Of a stretch of 64,000 bases of DNA, positions 17,825-27,344 are shown one piece after another; position 1 is the first letter of the stretch; the number at the start of each line of letters is the position of its first letter. The stretch covers positions 32,001-96,000 of the forward strand of contig JAUVNS010000010.1 of the NCBI GenBank assembly GCA_030599585.1, read 5' to 3'. Source of the DNA: Promethearchaeota archaeon (GTDB lineage: Archaea > Asgardarchaeota > Lokiarchaeia > Sigyniarchaeales > SOKP01). The translations under genes were made by a program, and so were the position numbers. Below the pieces are notes generated by a model. The model was not told the origin of the DNA, searched no databases, and saw only the letters and a list, made by a program, of their open reading frames with translations.

Positions 17825-18364
17825 ATGTCAGATAGGATAATTGAACTCCGAGTTGAAAATGCCAGACTCAAGAAAGAGGTACAAAATTTAGAAAATAAAG
17901 TATTATCGTTAGTAGGAATGATTAGTTTAGAATCTTCGGGAGGTCTTGAACGCAAGAATGTTCTCAATGAGCATTTAATTAATCTAATTACTTCAACATC
18001 CATTCAACTTAATGTTGTTTCACCTAAGATCGATAGATTCTACAGCATCGAACTTAAAAAGCTAACTAAGAAAGGAATTCCAATACTAATTATTACTAAC
18101 GATAGAGGAAATATTCCTAAAATATACCAAGAAATCTATGATGATTTAAAACAAACTTCAGGAATAAGCATAATTAATAACCCGAATGTCAGGTATTTAT
18201 TAGTTTTCAATGCTGAACAAGGAATTTATTCGGGGGGGTCATTAGATAAAGGAGAATTAGAAAAATCTGTCCTTATTGTTACACGCATCAAAGAAAGCGC
18301 TAAACTCAGAAAAATCGCTGAAATATTTAGTTTAATGCTCCCATCCTTTATGAGAGGAAAATAA
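17825..18364 (+). CDS. coiled-coil plus degenerate PLD-fold protein
   Basis: VVSPKID, KKGIPILIIT, GIYSGGSL resemble PLDc, but the HxKxxxxD motif is replaced by RYLLVFN. Confidence 0.6.
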   Translation: MSDRIIELRVENARLKKEVQNLENKVLSLVGMISLESSGGLERKNVLNEHLINLITSTSIQLNVVSPKIDRFYSIELKKLTKKGIPILIITNDRGNIPKIYQEIYDDLKQTSGISIINNPNVRYLLVFNAEQGIYSGGSLDKGELEKSVLIVTRIKESAKLRKIAEIFSLMLPSFMRGK

Positions 18365-18432
18365 TTAATAATTTTATGATTTTTCTTCTAAAGGTAAGAT
18401 TATTAGTTTTACACTAGTATTGAAAACCATGA

Positions 18433-20619
18433 ATGGAAAAAAGAATGGTCGAGAACAAAAAAATAAGTTCAAAAGAATTTGCAGAATTCTTTGGCTTGGG
18501 AACAAATTTTTATAAGGAAACCTCTATATTCTTAAAAAGGCAAGCGCAACTGAATAAAAGTAGTTTTCAAAAGAAGTTTCGTCTGTGGGAATCGGCGTTC
18601 AAAAAAATTTATGGGAAAGAAATTGAACAATCTCTTTTTCTCAAACATTCTTATTATGTTTCGATACTAAAATTAGTAGTATTATTAAGCGCTGATACAT
18701 CTGTAAATAAGACAATCTACGACCATTTTAATCTAAATGAACTTAAATTTTTCTTCACTCCTAAATTGGATAAAGCACTTATTTCTGAGGTGAGAAAATT
18801 TTTAGGAGGCGCAAAGTTAGCTAGACAAGACAATTTTCATGAACTATATCAGCAAGTGTTTCATGTTGCGACGCGCCATAAAATCGGCGAATTTTATACT
18901 CCGTCACACCTTGTTGATAAAATGATAAGTGACTCATATAAAATCGGTTTAAAAACATTAGATCCTTCTTGTGGTTCTGGTAGTTTTTTAATAAAACTCA
19001 TAGTTCGAATTTTTAATTCTAAAAATAATGAATCAGTAATAACCGAAGCAATTGATAACATTTATGGGTTTGATATCAATCCTTTAGCAACGCTCACAGC
19101 AAAGGTGAACTTTTTATTATTATTTTTTGATTATTTCAAAGGAGAAATTAGCAAAATGCCGAGAATTAATATATTTTTAGTCGATTCTCTCTTTCCTGAA
19201 CAATCCAATCCAAAAATAGAAAATGAAATATTAAAACTTAACAAATCTTTTGATTTAATTATTGGCAATCCCCCCTGGCTTACTTATAAAGACATTACTA
19301 ATAAATCGTATCAATTAAAAATCCGTACGTTATCAGAAACATTAGGGATTAAACCTTCAAGCCAGTACATTACGCATATTGAATTGGCTTCTATTTTTTT
19401 CTTCGCAATACCTCTAAAATTTCTAAAAATCAAGGGAATTATATTTTTTGTTATGCCTAAGAGCGTGCTGAATGGAGATCATTGTTTTAAGTTCCGTAGG
19501 TTCTCTATATTTAACACGATCGAAATCTGGGATTTCCCAAATAATTATTTCTTTAATGTTGACCATATCTGTTTGAAAGCTGAATATGTAGGTACAAGAT
19601 CGGAAATAAAGATTACAGACATATATCCGATTAAAGCATGGATATTTAACAGTAATCTCGAACTCTTAGATGAAACAAAATATTCTAGTTTTGAATACGA
19701 CGAAAGAGGAGCTAAAATTATTATGCCCGAAAAAGAGTTGAAATTCTTGGATAGGCTTTCAATAAGCCCGTATAAAGCTAAATTCTTTCAAGGAGCAACT
19801 TTAGTACCTAGAGCACTCGTTTTCTTTAAAATTGATAAAGAAAAGGATAATTTCTTAGAAATATCATCCGATCCGGGCGTAATCATGCGGGCTAAGAAAA
19901 TTTGGAGATACACATTTCAGCAGAAATTGATTGAAAGCAAATTTGGATTTAAGTCTTTTTTAAACAAAGATTTGATTCCTTTTTACATCAAAGAATTTAA
20001 GAACGTCTTCTTACCCGTGGATAGTTCCTTACAGTGGGATGAAAAACTTCTTAATAATAATAAAAAAGCTCTAAGCTTTTACACTGAAATTAATAATTTC
20101 TACAAAAAAAATAAAAAAGGAACGAGTAATATTGATTCACTCTTCTTAAACTTGAATTATTGGAACAAGTTGACGAAACAAGCAAATAATAAACAATATA
20201 TTGTCGTTTACAACGCAAGTGGCTCACGTTTAAAATCAGCTGTTATTGATAACGAAGAACTCGGTATCGTTATTTGTTCTGAAAATTATTACTTTTCTAC
20301 CAATTCACTAAACGAAGCACATTATCTATCTGCAATTTTCAATTCTCCAGTATTATCAAAAAACATTAAGTTGATAAAATCAAGCAGGCACATTCACAAA
20401 AGACCCTTTTCTTTCCCAATTCCTTTATATGATAACGATAACGAGACACATAGAAAATTGGCTAAAAAATCTCGAAAATACCATTCCATCGTACAAGATT
20501 TAGTATTTAATAATAAAAACATAACCGCTGAAAAAGTTAGAATCTTTATCAATCCAAAATTAATTAAACTGGATATTTTAACTAAAAAAGCCATATTTTC
20601 AGATTTAAATTACTCTTAA
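18433..20619 (+). CDS. N6-adenine DNA methyltransferase (Eco57I/TaqI-like) with target-recognition region
   Basis: GEFYTP, LDPSCGSGSFL, GFDINP, IIGNPPW. Confidence 0.88.
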   Translation: MEKRMVENKKISSKEFAEFFGLGTNFYKETSIFLKRQAQLNKSSFQKKFRLWESAFKKIYGKEIEQSLFLKHSYYVSILKLVVLLSADTSVNKTIYDHFNLNELKFFFTPKLDKALISEVRKFLGGAKLARQDNFHELYQQVFHVATRHKIGEFYTPSHLVDKMISDSYKIGLKTLDPSCGSGSFLIKLIVRIFNSKNNESVITEAIDNIYGFDINPLATLTAKVNFLLLFFDYFKGEISKMPRINIFLVDSLFPEQSNPKIENEILKLNKSFDLIIGNPPWLTYKDITNKSYQLKIRTLSETLGIKPSSQYITHIELASIFFFAIPLKFLKIKGIIFFVMPKSVLNGDHCFKFRRFSIFNTIEIWDFPNNYFFNVDHICLKAEYVGTRSEIKITDIYPIKAWIFNSNLELLDETKYSSFEYDERGAKIIMPEKELKFLDRLSISPYKAKFFQGATLVPRALVFFKIDKEKDNFLEISSDPGVIMRAKKIWRYTFQQKLIESKFGFKSFLNKDLIPFYIKEFKNVFLPVDSSLQWDEKLLNNNKKALSFYTEINNFYKKNKKGTSNIDSLFLNLNYWNKLTKQANNKQYIVVYNASGSRLKSAVIDNEELGIVICSENYYFSTNSLNEAHYLSAIFNSPVLSKNIKLIKSSRHIHKRPFSFPIPLYDNDNETHRKLAKKSRKYHSIVQDLVFNNKNITAEKVRIFINPKLIKLDILTKKAIFSDLNYS

Positions 20620-20738
20620 AACGAACCGATGAACTGTAGATATCGAAAAAGTGAATTTTAGAAAAGTTTATCTTTCTTTAAATATTTATTTACTCGATTA
20701 AGAGTGAAAAAGTAAGAACTATTTAGTGAATTAATAAA

Positions 20739-21896
20739 TTGAATTTTGCAGAATTAGGGATTAGCGAACATAACGTTAATGCTTTAAAAAAAATTAATAT
20801 TTTAAAACCCACACCCGTCCAACAAAAGTCTATACCTTTAATTTTAAATGGCCAAAATATCATGGCTCAGGCGAGGACAGGTAGTGGAAAGACTTTAGCT
20901 TTTGTACTTCCAATTATCGAAAATTTGAAATATCAGCCCAATGAGGCTTTAATATTAGTCCCAACGCGAGAGTTAGCGACTCAAATTTACGAAGTAATTA
21001 GAGACTTGGGGAATTCAAAGGTAAAGGCATTTCCAATATATGGAGGTGTTTCTATCAATAACCAAATAACGAAATTGGAGAACGGAATAAGTATTATCAT
21101 CGGAACTCCGGGGAGAATAATCGATTTATACAAAAGAAGAAAGCTAAGGTTAAACGACATAAGATTTGTCGTTGTCGACGAAGCTGATAGGATGTTTGAT
21201 ATGGGTTTTACCCCTGATGTAAAATATATCTTGGATCAAGTCCATACGAATTTCCAATTTATGCTATTCTCTGCTACTTTTGACAACGGAATCAGAGAAT
21301 TAGTAAAGAGATATTCAAAAAATAAATTTGAATTTCTCAATTTGAGTAGAGACCACTTAACTGTTGGGAATACAAGACAATTCTATTACATGATAGATAA
21401 TTATAGCGATAAATTCAAAACTTTTATTAAAGTCATACGAAGAGAAAAACCTAAGCATCTCTTGGTCTTTGTAAACACCAAAAAAACAGCTGCTTGGTTA
21501 ACTAATAGATTAAAATCCCGTGATAATTTCAACTATAGAGTAGAGCTCATTTCGGGGGATTTATCGCAATTTCAAAGAGAAAAGATTTTAAAAGGATTTA
21601 AAAGCCACAAAATCAATCTACTGATCGCCACCGATGTGGCCGCACGGGGCTTAGACATTAACAACATATCCCATGTGTTTAATTATGATATTCCGAAATA
21701 TCCAGAAAATTACGTACATCGAATAGGAAGGACATCACGCATGAATAAACTCGGAGTTGCTATAACATTAGTTGTTAAAGATGAATACGAATACCTCTGC
21801 CACATCGAAGGATTAATTGACAAGGAAATTAAGTTGAGAGTTTTGGATTCCCAAGGAAGAGGAGATCAGGGTCGCTATCATAATCCTTTTTATTAA
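20739..21896 (+). CDS. DEAD-box RNA helicase
   Basis: Q motif, ARTGSGKT, PTRELA, TPGR, DEAD, SAT, ARGLD, HRIGRTSR. Confidence 0.97.
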   Translation: MNFAELGISEHNVNALKKINILKPTPVQQKSIPLILNGQNIMAQARTGSGKTLAFVLPIIENLKYQPNEALILVPTRELATQIYEVIRDLGNSKVKAFPIYGGVSINNQITKLENGISIIIGTPGRIIDLYKRRKLRLNDIRFVVVDEADRMFDMGFTPDVKYILDQVHTNFQFMLFSATFDNGIRELVKRYSKNKFEFLNLSRDHLTVGNTRQFYYMIDNYSDKFKTFIKVIRREKPKHLLVFVNTKKTAAWLTNRLKSRDNFNYRVELISGDLSQFQREKILKGFKSHKINLLIATDVAARGLDINNISHVFNYDIPKYPENYVHRIGRTSRMNKLGVAITLVVKDEYEYLCHIEGLIDKEIKLRVLDSQGRGDQGRYHNPFY

Positions 21897-22005
21897 AGCT
21901 AACTGAGAAGAAAAAACTTTTTGATTTACAAAGTTTAATATATAATTATTATTATTAATTTATAAAATTAAACTTGTCTTTAACTATTAAATGAGGTCAT
22001 AAACA

Positions 22006-22620
22006 ATGCCAAGTAGACGAGGAGACGGAACTCTTGTTTTTAAAATTTGTTTTTACGGTCCTTCACTGGGAGGGAAAACGACGGCATTAGAATGGGTGTA
22101 TAACAGGGAAGGTTTAGCCTCAGGTGATATGCAACAAATTCAGGACCCTACCGGGCGAACCTTGTTTTTTGATCGAGTAGTAGCTAGAGTTTCTAATGTA
22201 GTTTTTCAAGTTTACACTGTAGCAGGGCAACGCAGACATAAATTTCAACGTCAAACAGTTTTAAAGGGTACAGACGCTGTGATATTTACATGGGACAGCC
22301 TAATAGATCAGTGGGGCGAGAATATTTGGTCTCTTAAAGAACTACTCAAGTTTTATGGAGATAAATTAATTCCACCAGCACTTTTTGATCCACCTGAAGT
22401 ACCAATAGTTGTTTTAGCAAACAAAAGAGATTTAGAAGATATCGTGGAGATTTCCAAGTTAAGGCAAGTACTGGATACAGCAAAACTTAACCACTGCTTA
22501 ATTTACGAAACTATAGCTATAACTGGAGTTAATGTAAAAAGAGCTTTTGTTTATGCCGCTCGACAAGCTGTGCTTAATCACTATAAGAAACTTTCGGGTA
22601 AATCGATGGAAGCTTTCTAA
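22006..22620 (+). CDS. MglA-like small GTPase (Ras superfamily)
   Basis: GPSLGGKTT, RTLFFD, YTVAGQ, NKRD. Confidence 0.9.
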   Translation: MPSRRGDGTLVFKICFYGPSLGGKTTALEWVYNREGLASGDMQQIQDPTGRTLFFDRVVARVSNVVFQVYTVAGQRRHKFQRQTVLKGTDAVIFTWDSLIDQWGENIWSLKELLKFYGDKLIPPALFDPPEVPIVVLANKRDLEDIVEISKLRQVLDTAKLNHCLIYETIAITGVNVKRAFVYAARQAVLNHYKKLSGKSMEAF

Positions 22621-22641
22621 TAATTCCATTTTGTAAATATT

Positions 22642-23190
22642 TTAATTTTTGATGTACACAATTTCAGGTACAATTTTATCTTTAGAAATGTTAAGATACC
22701 CATAAGAAGATATTACTGTAAATTTATTATCTATGGGTGTTGTTGTTCCGGGATTAAAGAACAGAATTCCTTTACTTGTTTCATTAACTGGTCTGTGTGT
22801 GTGTCCAAAAATCACAATGTTATACGATGAATTAAGCAAAACTAGTTTTTTAATTAATCTTTTTATTATAATGTTAGGACCACCCATTCCATGAAGCATT
22901 AATACTCTAAAATTGTAAATATTAAATTCTAGTTTCTCTGGTAAAGTTTGCTTTAAATTAGAATCAATGTCCATATTACCTCGAACTGCTACGACTTTAT
23001 CATTTCCAAATATCTCAATGAGTCTCTCGTATACCCCATAAGAGGTGAAATCTCCCATATGAAACACGTAATCAACCTTTCTCTTTTTAAAATCATCAAT
23101 CACAACATCTGGTACTTTATTTGTTCTTTGGGGGACATGCGTATCAGACAATAATCCGATTAGAATTTCTTCTTTATCTGTTTGAATCAA
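22642..23190 (-). CDS. YfcE/Vps29-family metallophosphoesterase
   Basis: SDTH, HMGD, RGNMD, LHG, GHTH, NPG. Confidence 0.88.
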   Translation of the reverse strand: MIQTDKEEILIGLLSDTHVPQRTNKVPDVVIDDFKKRKVDYVFHMGDFTSYGVYERLIEIFGNDKVVAVRGNMDIDSNLKQTLPEKLEFNIYNFRVLMLHGMGGPNIIIKRLIKKLVLLNSSYNIVIFGHTHRPVNETSKGILFFNPGTTTPIDNKFTVISSYGYLNISKDKIVPEIVYIKN

Positions 23191-23239
23191 TTAAAAAACC
23201 TTGATTATATAGATTAAGTTATTTTTAATTCGCGTAAAA

Positions 23240-24166
23240 TTATTCTTCTTGACTTTCCTGCTTTCGTATCCTAAATTTGACGACTTTAAGGGCAAAATTT
23301 ACGATTTCTTCTATATTTTTCCATCGTTCTTCATCTAGTTTTCTTTTCATCCAATAATATAGTTCTTGCTCAATCGGAACGGTTAGATAAATTGGTTGGG
23401 ATAACTGTGCGTCTTGGGAATGGGCTTTATTCATTAGCCAAGAAATGATGTTAGAAATCAATTTGAAGTTATCAGCAGCGTGTATGCCATATAAAGCGTG
23501 AAACCCCGAAAATAGAGACAAATTTCCAATAGCTACGATTTTTCCCAAACCATAATGCCCTATCGCTATTATGGGAAGGCTATCTACGGGTTCGTCAAAC
23601 CATTCCTCTCCGTCAAAAATCTTATGCCAGGCAGCTTCTCTTGAAGAAAAAGCAATTGCAGAAACATCAATGTCTTCAGTTTCGATAGATTCATCGATCT
23701 CAAGGGTACAACCATTAGAGTGAATAATTTGGGTGATATCTCGCGTAATAAAATGTTTTCTAAAATCCTTAATTATTGGACGAGATATGTCCTTTGAAAA
23801 ATTTTCATTATCAAAGAGCTGATCGGGATTGAAGGTAATACCAAAATTTTTAGTTAGTTCATTCAAATTGTTTTTATTTTCGATATCTCCTCCTTTATCA
23901 TTTATAATAAGAAGAGATCCTCCATCTTTAACATATTTGGTTAAGTATTCAATTTCTTCAGCGCTTATATGGGAATCCGCAAATGGAACTCCAATTATAA
24001 ACACATTATAATCTGCTAATTTTTCGTAAGTAAGTCCTGCTTCAATTTTTCCTAACTTTAAATCTGAATTGAATAAATATTCTATAAAATCATTAAAGCC
24101 AGGGTCTTCAATCGTTAACTTATTCTGATGAGAATAATCGAAGCCGATATTATATTCAGTTTTCAT
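23240..24166 (-). CDS. GIFT (GldG/IFT52, DUF4350-like) domain protein with short C-terminal domain
   Basis: FDYSH, LTYEKLADYNVFIIGVP, EEIEYLTKYVKDGGSLLII, NLNELTKNFGI, GKIVAIGN, DNFKLISNIISWL. Confidence 0.7.
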   Translation of the reverse strand: MKTEYNIGFDYSHQNKLTIEDPGFNDFIEYLFNSDLKLGKIEAGLTYEKLADYNVFIIGVPFADSHISAEEIEYLTKYVKDGGSLLIINDKGGDIENKNNLNELTKNFGITFNPDQLFDNENFSKDISRPIIKDFRKHFITRDITQIIHSNGCTLEIDESIETEDIDVSAIAFSSREAAWHKIFDGEEWFDEPVDSLPIIAIGHYGLGKIVAIGNLSLFSGFHALYGIHAADNFKLISNIISWLMNKAHSQDAQLSQPIYLTVPIEQELYYWMKRKLDEERWKNIEEIVNFALKVVKFRIRKQESQEE

Positions 24167-24238
24167 TAATCAAAATCCTTGTTATGAATATCAATTAATA
24201 TATGATATTATTTTATTAGATTAAAAATTAATTCAATT

Positions 24239-24598
24239 ATGCGAAAAAAAAATTATAAACAGGTGGAGAATAAACCCGCAGTATTAAGCGATGGCACTCC
24301 AGTCAAAGATGTTTATGTTAGATGGTTAATTGATGATGAGCATGACGGGGCTAAGAATTTTGCGATGAGACGATTTGAAATTAAGCCTAAAACGGAGGTA
24401 CCTCTCCATAGTCACCCCCAAGACCATGAAATTTACATATTAAGTGGTAAGGGTAAGTTTTACAACGATTCTGGAACAGAAGAAACTGTCGAAAAAGGAG
24501 ATGTAATTTATATTCCTCCAAATGAGAAGCATGGAATAACAAATCTTGGTAAAGCAAATTTTGTATTTTTATGTTCAATTCCATATCTTAGTAAATAA
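24239..24598 (+). CDS. cupin domain protein
   Basis: PLHSHPQDHEIYILSGKG and GDVIYIPPNEKHG. Confidence 0.9.
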   Translation: MRKKNYKQVENKPAVLSDGTPVKDVYVRWLIDDEHDGAKNFAMRRFEIKPKTEVPLHSHPQDHEIYILSGKGKFYNDSGTEETVEKGDVIYIPPNEKHGITNLGKANFVFLCSIPYLSK

Positions 24599-24621
24599 TA
24601 CTCCATACGAATTATGATTCT

Positions 24622-27297
24622 TTATTTTTCGTCGTCGTCTACTTCGTCTACTTTGTCTACTTCGTCTACTTTGTCTACTTCGTCTACTTTGTCTACTTCG
24701 TCTACTTTGTCTACTCCGTCTACTTTGTCTACTTCGTCTACTTTGTCTACTCCGTCTACTTTGTCTACTTTGTCTACTTTGTCTACTTTGTCTACTTCGT
24801 CTACTTCGTCTAATTCTACATCTTCTTCTCCTTCTATTACATCTACTTTATCTACTTCGTCGATTTTTGTTGCACATTTACCAATTGCGACCACTGAATC
24901 ATTAGCATAAAGTTTTATTACTCTAACTCCTTTAGCTTTTCTATGAGTAATTCTTATTGTGTCCACAGGCACCCTTATGACTTGTCCTTGCTCTGTACCT
25001 ATTAAAATATCCATAAGTTTAGCAATTTTTATTGCTATAACCTTGTCTTTTTTTGCGGGATTTAAAGTAATATTTTTCACTCCTTTGGCAGCACGACCCG
25101 TTTTCCGATATTCTTTTAAGTAGGTTCTTTGTCCATAACCCTTTTCAGTCAATGTCAGAATAATGTTATCATCATTTACGAGTAAACTATCAATTACTTC
25201 GTCTCCTTCCCTTAATTCTGCGCCTTTAACACCCATGGATGTTCTCCCTAATTGTCGTAATTCTGATTCATCGAACCTGACAGCATAACCTAACTTTGTT
25301 GCGATAAAAATGTCTTGGAGGGTGTTTGAAAGTCTTTTCACACTAATTAACTCGTCGTCAGGTCTTATGCGTTGGGCTCTTACACCCGTAGATTTAAATT
25401 TTGAAAATAGCTTCAAAGGTGTCTTTTTAATTATTCCGTTTTTAGTGGTCATAATGAGCATTTCATTCGTATCAAAATTATGAATAGGAATCATCTCTGA
25501 TATCCTCTCTCCAGCTTGGAGAGATATTAAGTTTATAATTGGCTTTCCTCGAGCCGTGCGCTTTTGTAACATAATTTCGAAGCATTTTAAGGAATATACA
25601 CGCCCTTTAGAAGTAAAAATGAGGATAGTATCGTGAGTATAGCAGACAAACAAATTGTCTATGATGTCTTCCTCGCGTACGGTCATTCCTTTCTTACCGC
25701 GCCCACCTCGCCTTTGAGCGTGGTATTCTTCTACTGAAATTCTTTTGATGTATTGATTTTTTGTAAATATTATAATTGCTGGTACATTTTTGACTAAATC
25801 TTGTCTCATAATCCCTTTAGCATCTTTATCCTCGATAACTTCGATTCTTGTTATCCTTTTATCGCCATATTTTGTATTTAAATCTGTTAGTTCTTGCTTA
25901 ATAATATCTAATCGTATTTTTTTGCTTTCTAATATCTTTTCATATCCTTTAATGCTTTCATTCAATGTCTTTCCTTCATCAACTAACTTCTGCTGCTCTA
26001 AATTAGTCAAACGCGATAAAGGCATGCTCAGAATGGCTTGAACTTGAATATCACTTAATTTGAAGGCGATTTTTAATTTTCCTTTCGCATCGTTAGTATC
26101 TTTAGCACTCTTTATTATTTTTATAACTTCATCAATATTTCTTAAAGCAATTAAGAGCCCTTCAACTCTATGGAGTCGAGCCTTAGCTTTTTTAAGGTAA
26201 AACTGGGTTCTTTTAGTAATAATAATAAGGCGGTGTTCAATGTATTCGTCGATTATTTCTTTTAAATTGAGAATTTTAGGCTGTTTTCCATTGTTAATCA
26301 AAACTAGATTATTTATACTAATATTAGTCTGAAGTCTAGTTCTTTTAAATAAAATATTTTTAAGTATTACAGGTTGAGCGTTTTTTGTTAAATCGATTAC
26401 AACACGCATACCTTTCCTGTCAGATTCGTCTCTTAAATCACGAATATCTTTTAGGACGCCATCTTTAATTAGTCTAGCAATTGATTCTACGAGGGTTGTT
26501 TTGTTCACTAAATAGGGGATTTCAGTAATAATTAGGCTATTTTTATTTCCCTTAGTCTCGAGTTCGACAGTCCCTCTCAAAGTGAGACTTCCGGTTCCAA
26601 TTGAATAAGCAGTGTATATACCGTTTGTATTTATAATGGTTCCTCCAGTGGGGAAGTCAGGACCTTTAATTATCTCCATGAGTTCCTCTACTGATATTTC
26701 AGGATCATCAACGGTGGCCATTATTCCCTGGCATACTTCGGTCAAGTTATGCGGAGGCATAGATGTTGCCATTCCAACCGCAATACCTTTTGTTCCGTTG
26801 ATTAAAAGATTTGGAAGCTTGGCAGGTAAAAACACAGGCTCTTTGAGACTATCGTCAAAATTCGGCTGAAACTCTACAGTTTCATTACCTAGGTCTTCTA
26901 TTAGCTCGTTAGCTATTTGTGCTAACCGTGCTTCGGTATAACGCATAGCAGCGGGAAGATCTCCGTCAATTGAACCGAAATTTCCTTGAGGGTGGATTAA
27001 TGGATATCTCATCGAAAAGTCTTGCGCTAATCGAACTAAAGAATTATAGACAGCAGCATCTCCATGAGGGTGGTATTTACCCATCGTTTCACCTACAATT
27101 CTCGCAGATTTTACATGAGGGGTATTGTAGAATTGATTATTATCTGTCATTGCATATATAATTCTACGATGCACTGGTTTGAGACCATCTCGTACGTCAG
27201 GAATGGCGCGTCCGACGACGACGGACATTGCATAATCTATATAGCTACTCTTCATTTCATCTTTTAGAGAAATCTCTTTAATATTTTCTGCTGTCAT
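24622..27297 (-). CDS. gyrA: DNA gyrase subunit A
   Basis: DGLKPVHRR, YHPHGD, AAMRYTE (catalytic Tyr), GyrA-box QRRGGRG, beta-pinwheel repeats. Confidence 0.97.
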   Translation of the reverse strand: MTAENIKEISLKDEMKSSYIDYAMSVVVGRAIPDVRDGLKPVHRRIIYAMTDNNQFYNTPHVKSARIVGETMGKYHPHGDAAVYNSLVRLAQDFSMRYPLIHPQGNFGSIDGDLPAAMRYTEARLAQIANELIEDLGNETVEFQPNFDDSLKEPVFLPAKLPNLLINGTKGIAVGMATSMPPHNLTEVCQGIMATVDDPEISVEELMEIIKGPDFPTGGTIINTNGIYTAYSIGTGSLTLRGTVELETKGNKNSLIITEIPYLVNKTTLVESIARLIKDGVLKDIRDLRDESDRKGMRVVIDLTKNAQPVILKNILFKRTRLQTNISINNLVLINNGKQPKILNLKEIIDEYIEHRLIIITKRTQFYLKKAKARLHRVEGLLIALRNIDEVIKIIKSAKDTNDAKGKLKIAFKLSDIQVQAILSMPLSRLTNLEQQKLVDEGKTLNESIKGYEKILESKKIRLDIIKQELTDLNTKYGDKRITRIEVIEDKDAKGIMRQDLVKNVPAIIIFTKNQYIKRISVEEYHAQRRGGRGKKGMTVREEDIIDNLFVCYTHDTILIFTSKGRVYSLKCFEIMLQKRTARGKPIINLISLQAGERISEMIPIHNFDTNEMLIMTTKNGIIKKTPLKLFSKFKSTGVRAQRIRPDDELISVKRLSNTLQDIFIATKLGYAVRFDESELRQLGRTSMGVKGAELREGDEVIDSLLVNDDNIILTLTEKGYGQRTYLKEYRKTGRAAKGVKNITLNPAKKDKVIAIKIAKLMDILIGTEQGQVIRVPVDTIRITHRKAKGVRVIKLYANDSVVAIGKCATKIDEVDKVDVIEGEEDVELDEVDEVDKVDKVDKVDKVDGVDKVDEVDKVDGVDKVDEVDKVDEVDKVDEVDKVDEVDDDEK
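24637..24807. repeat. 9-bp coding tandem repeat (19 units, GTCTACTYY) giving the (VDx)19 GyrA tail
   Basis: Directly visible; encodes VDE/VDK/VDG units. Confidence 0.95.
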
Positions 27298-27344
27298 ATT
27301 TACAACCTTAATCTAAATTTTTAATAAAAAAATAAATGAACAAA

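Noticed and set aside
24637-24807. Possible CRISPR array
   Set aside because: Contiguous 9-bp units without spacers, in frame within gyrA; no cas genes in the window
24614-24910. 98-aa Ser/Thr-repeat ORF on the + strand
   Set aside because: Antisense shadow of the gyrA 9-bp repeat
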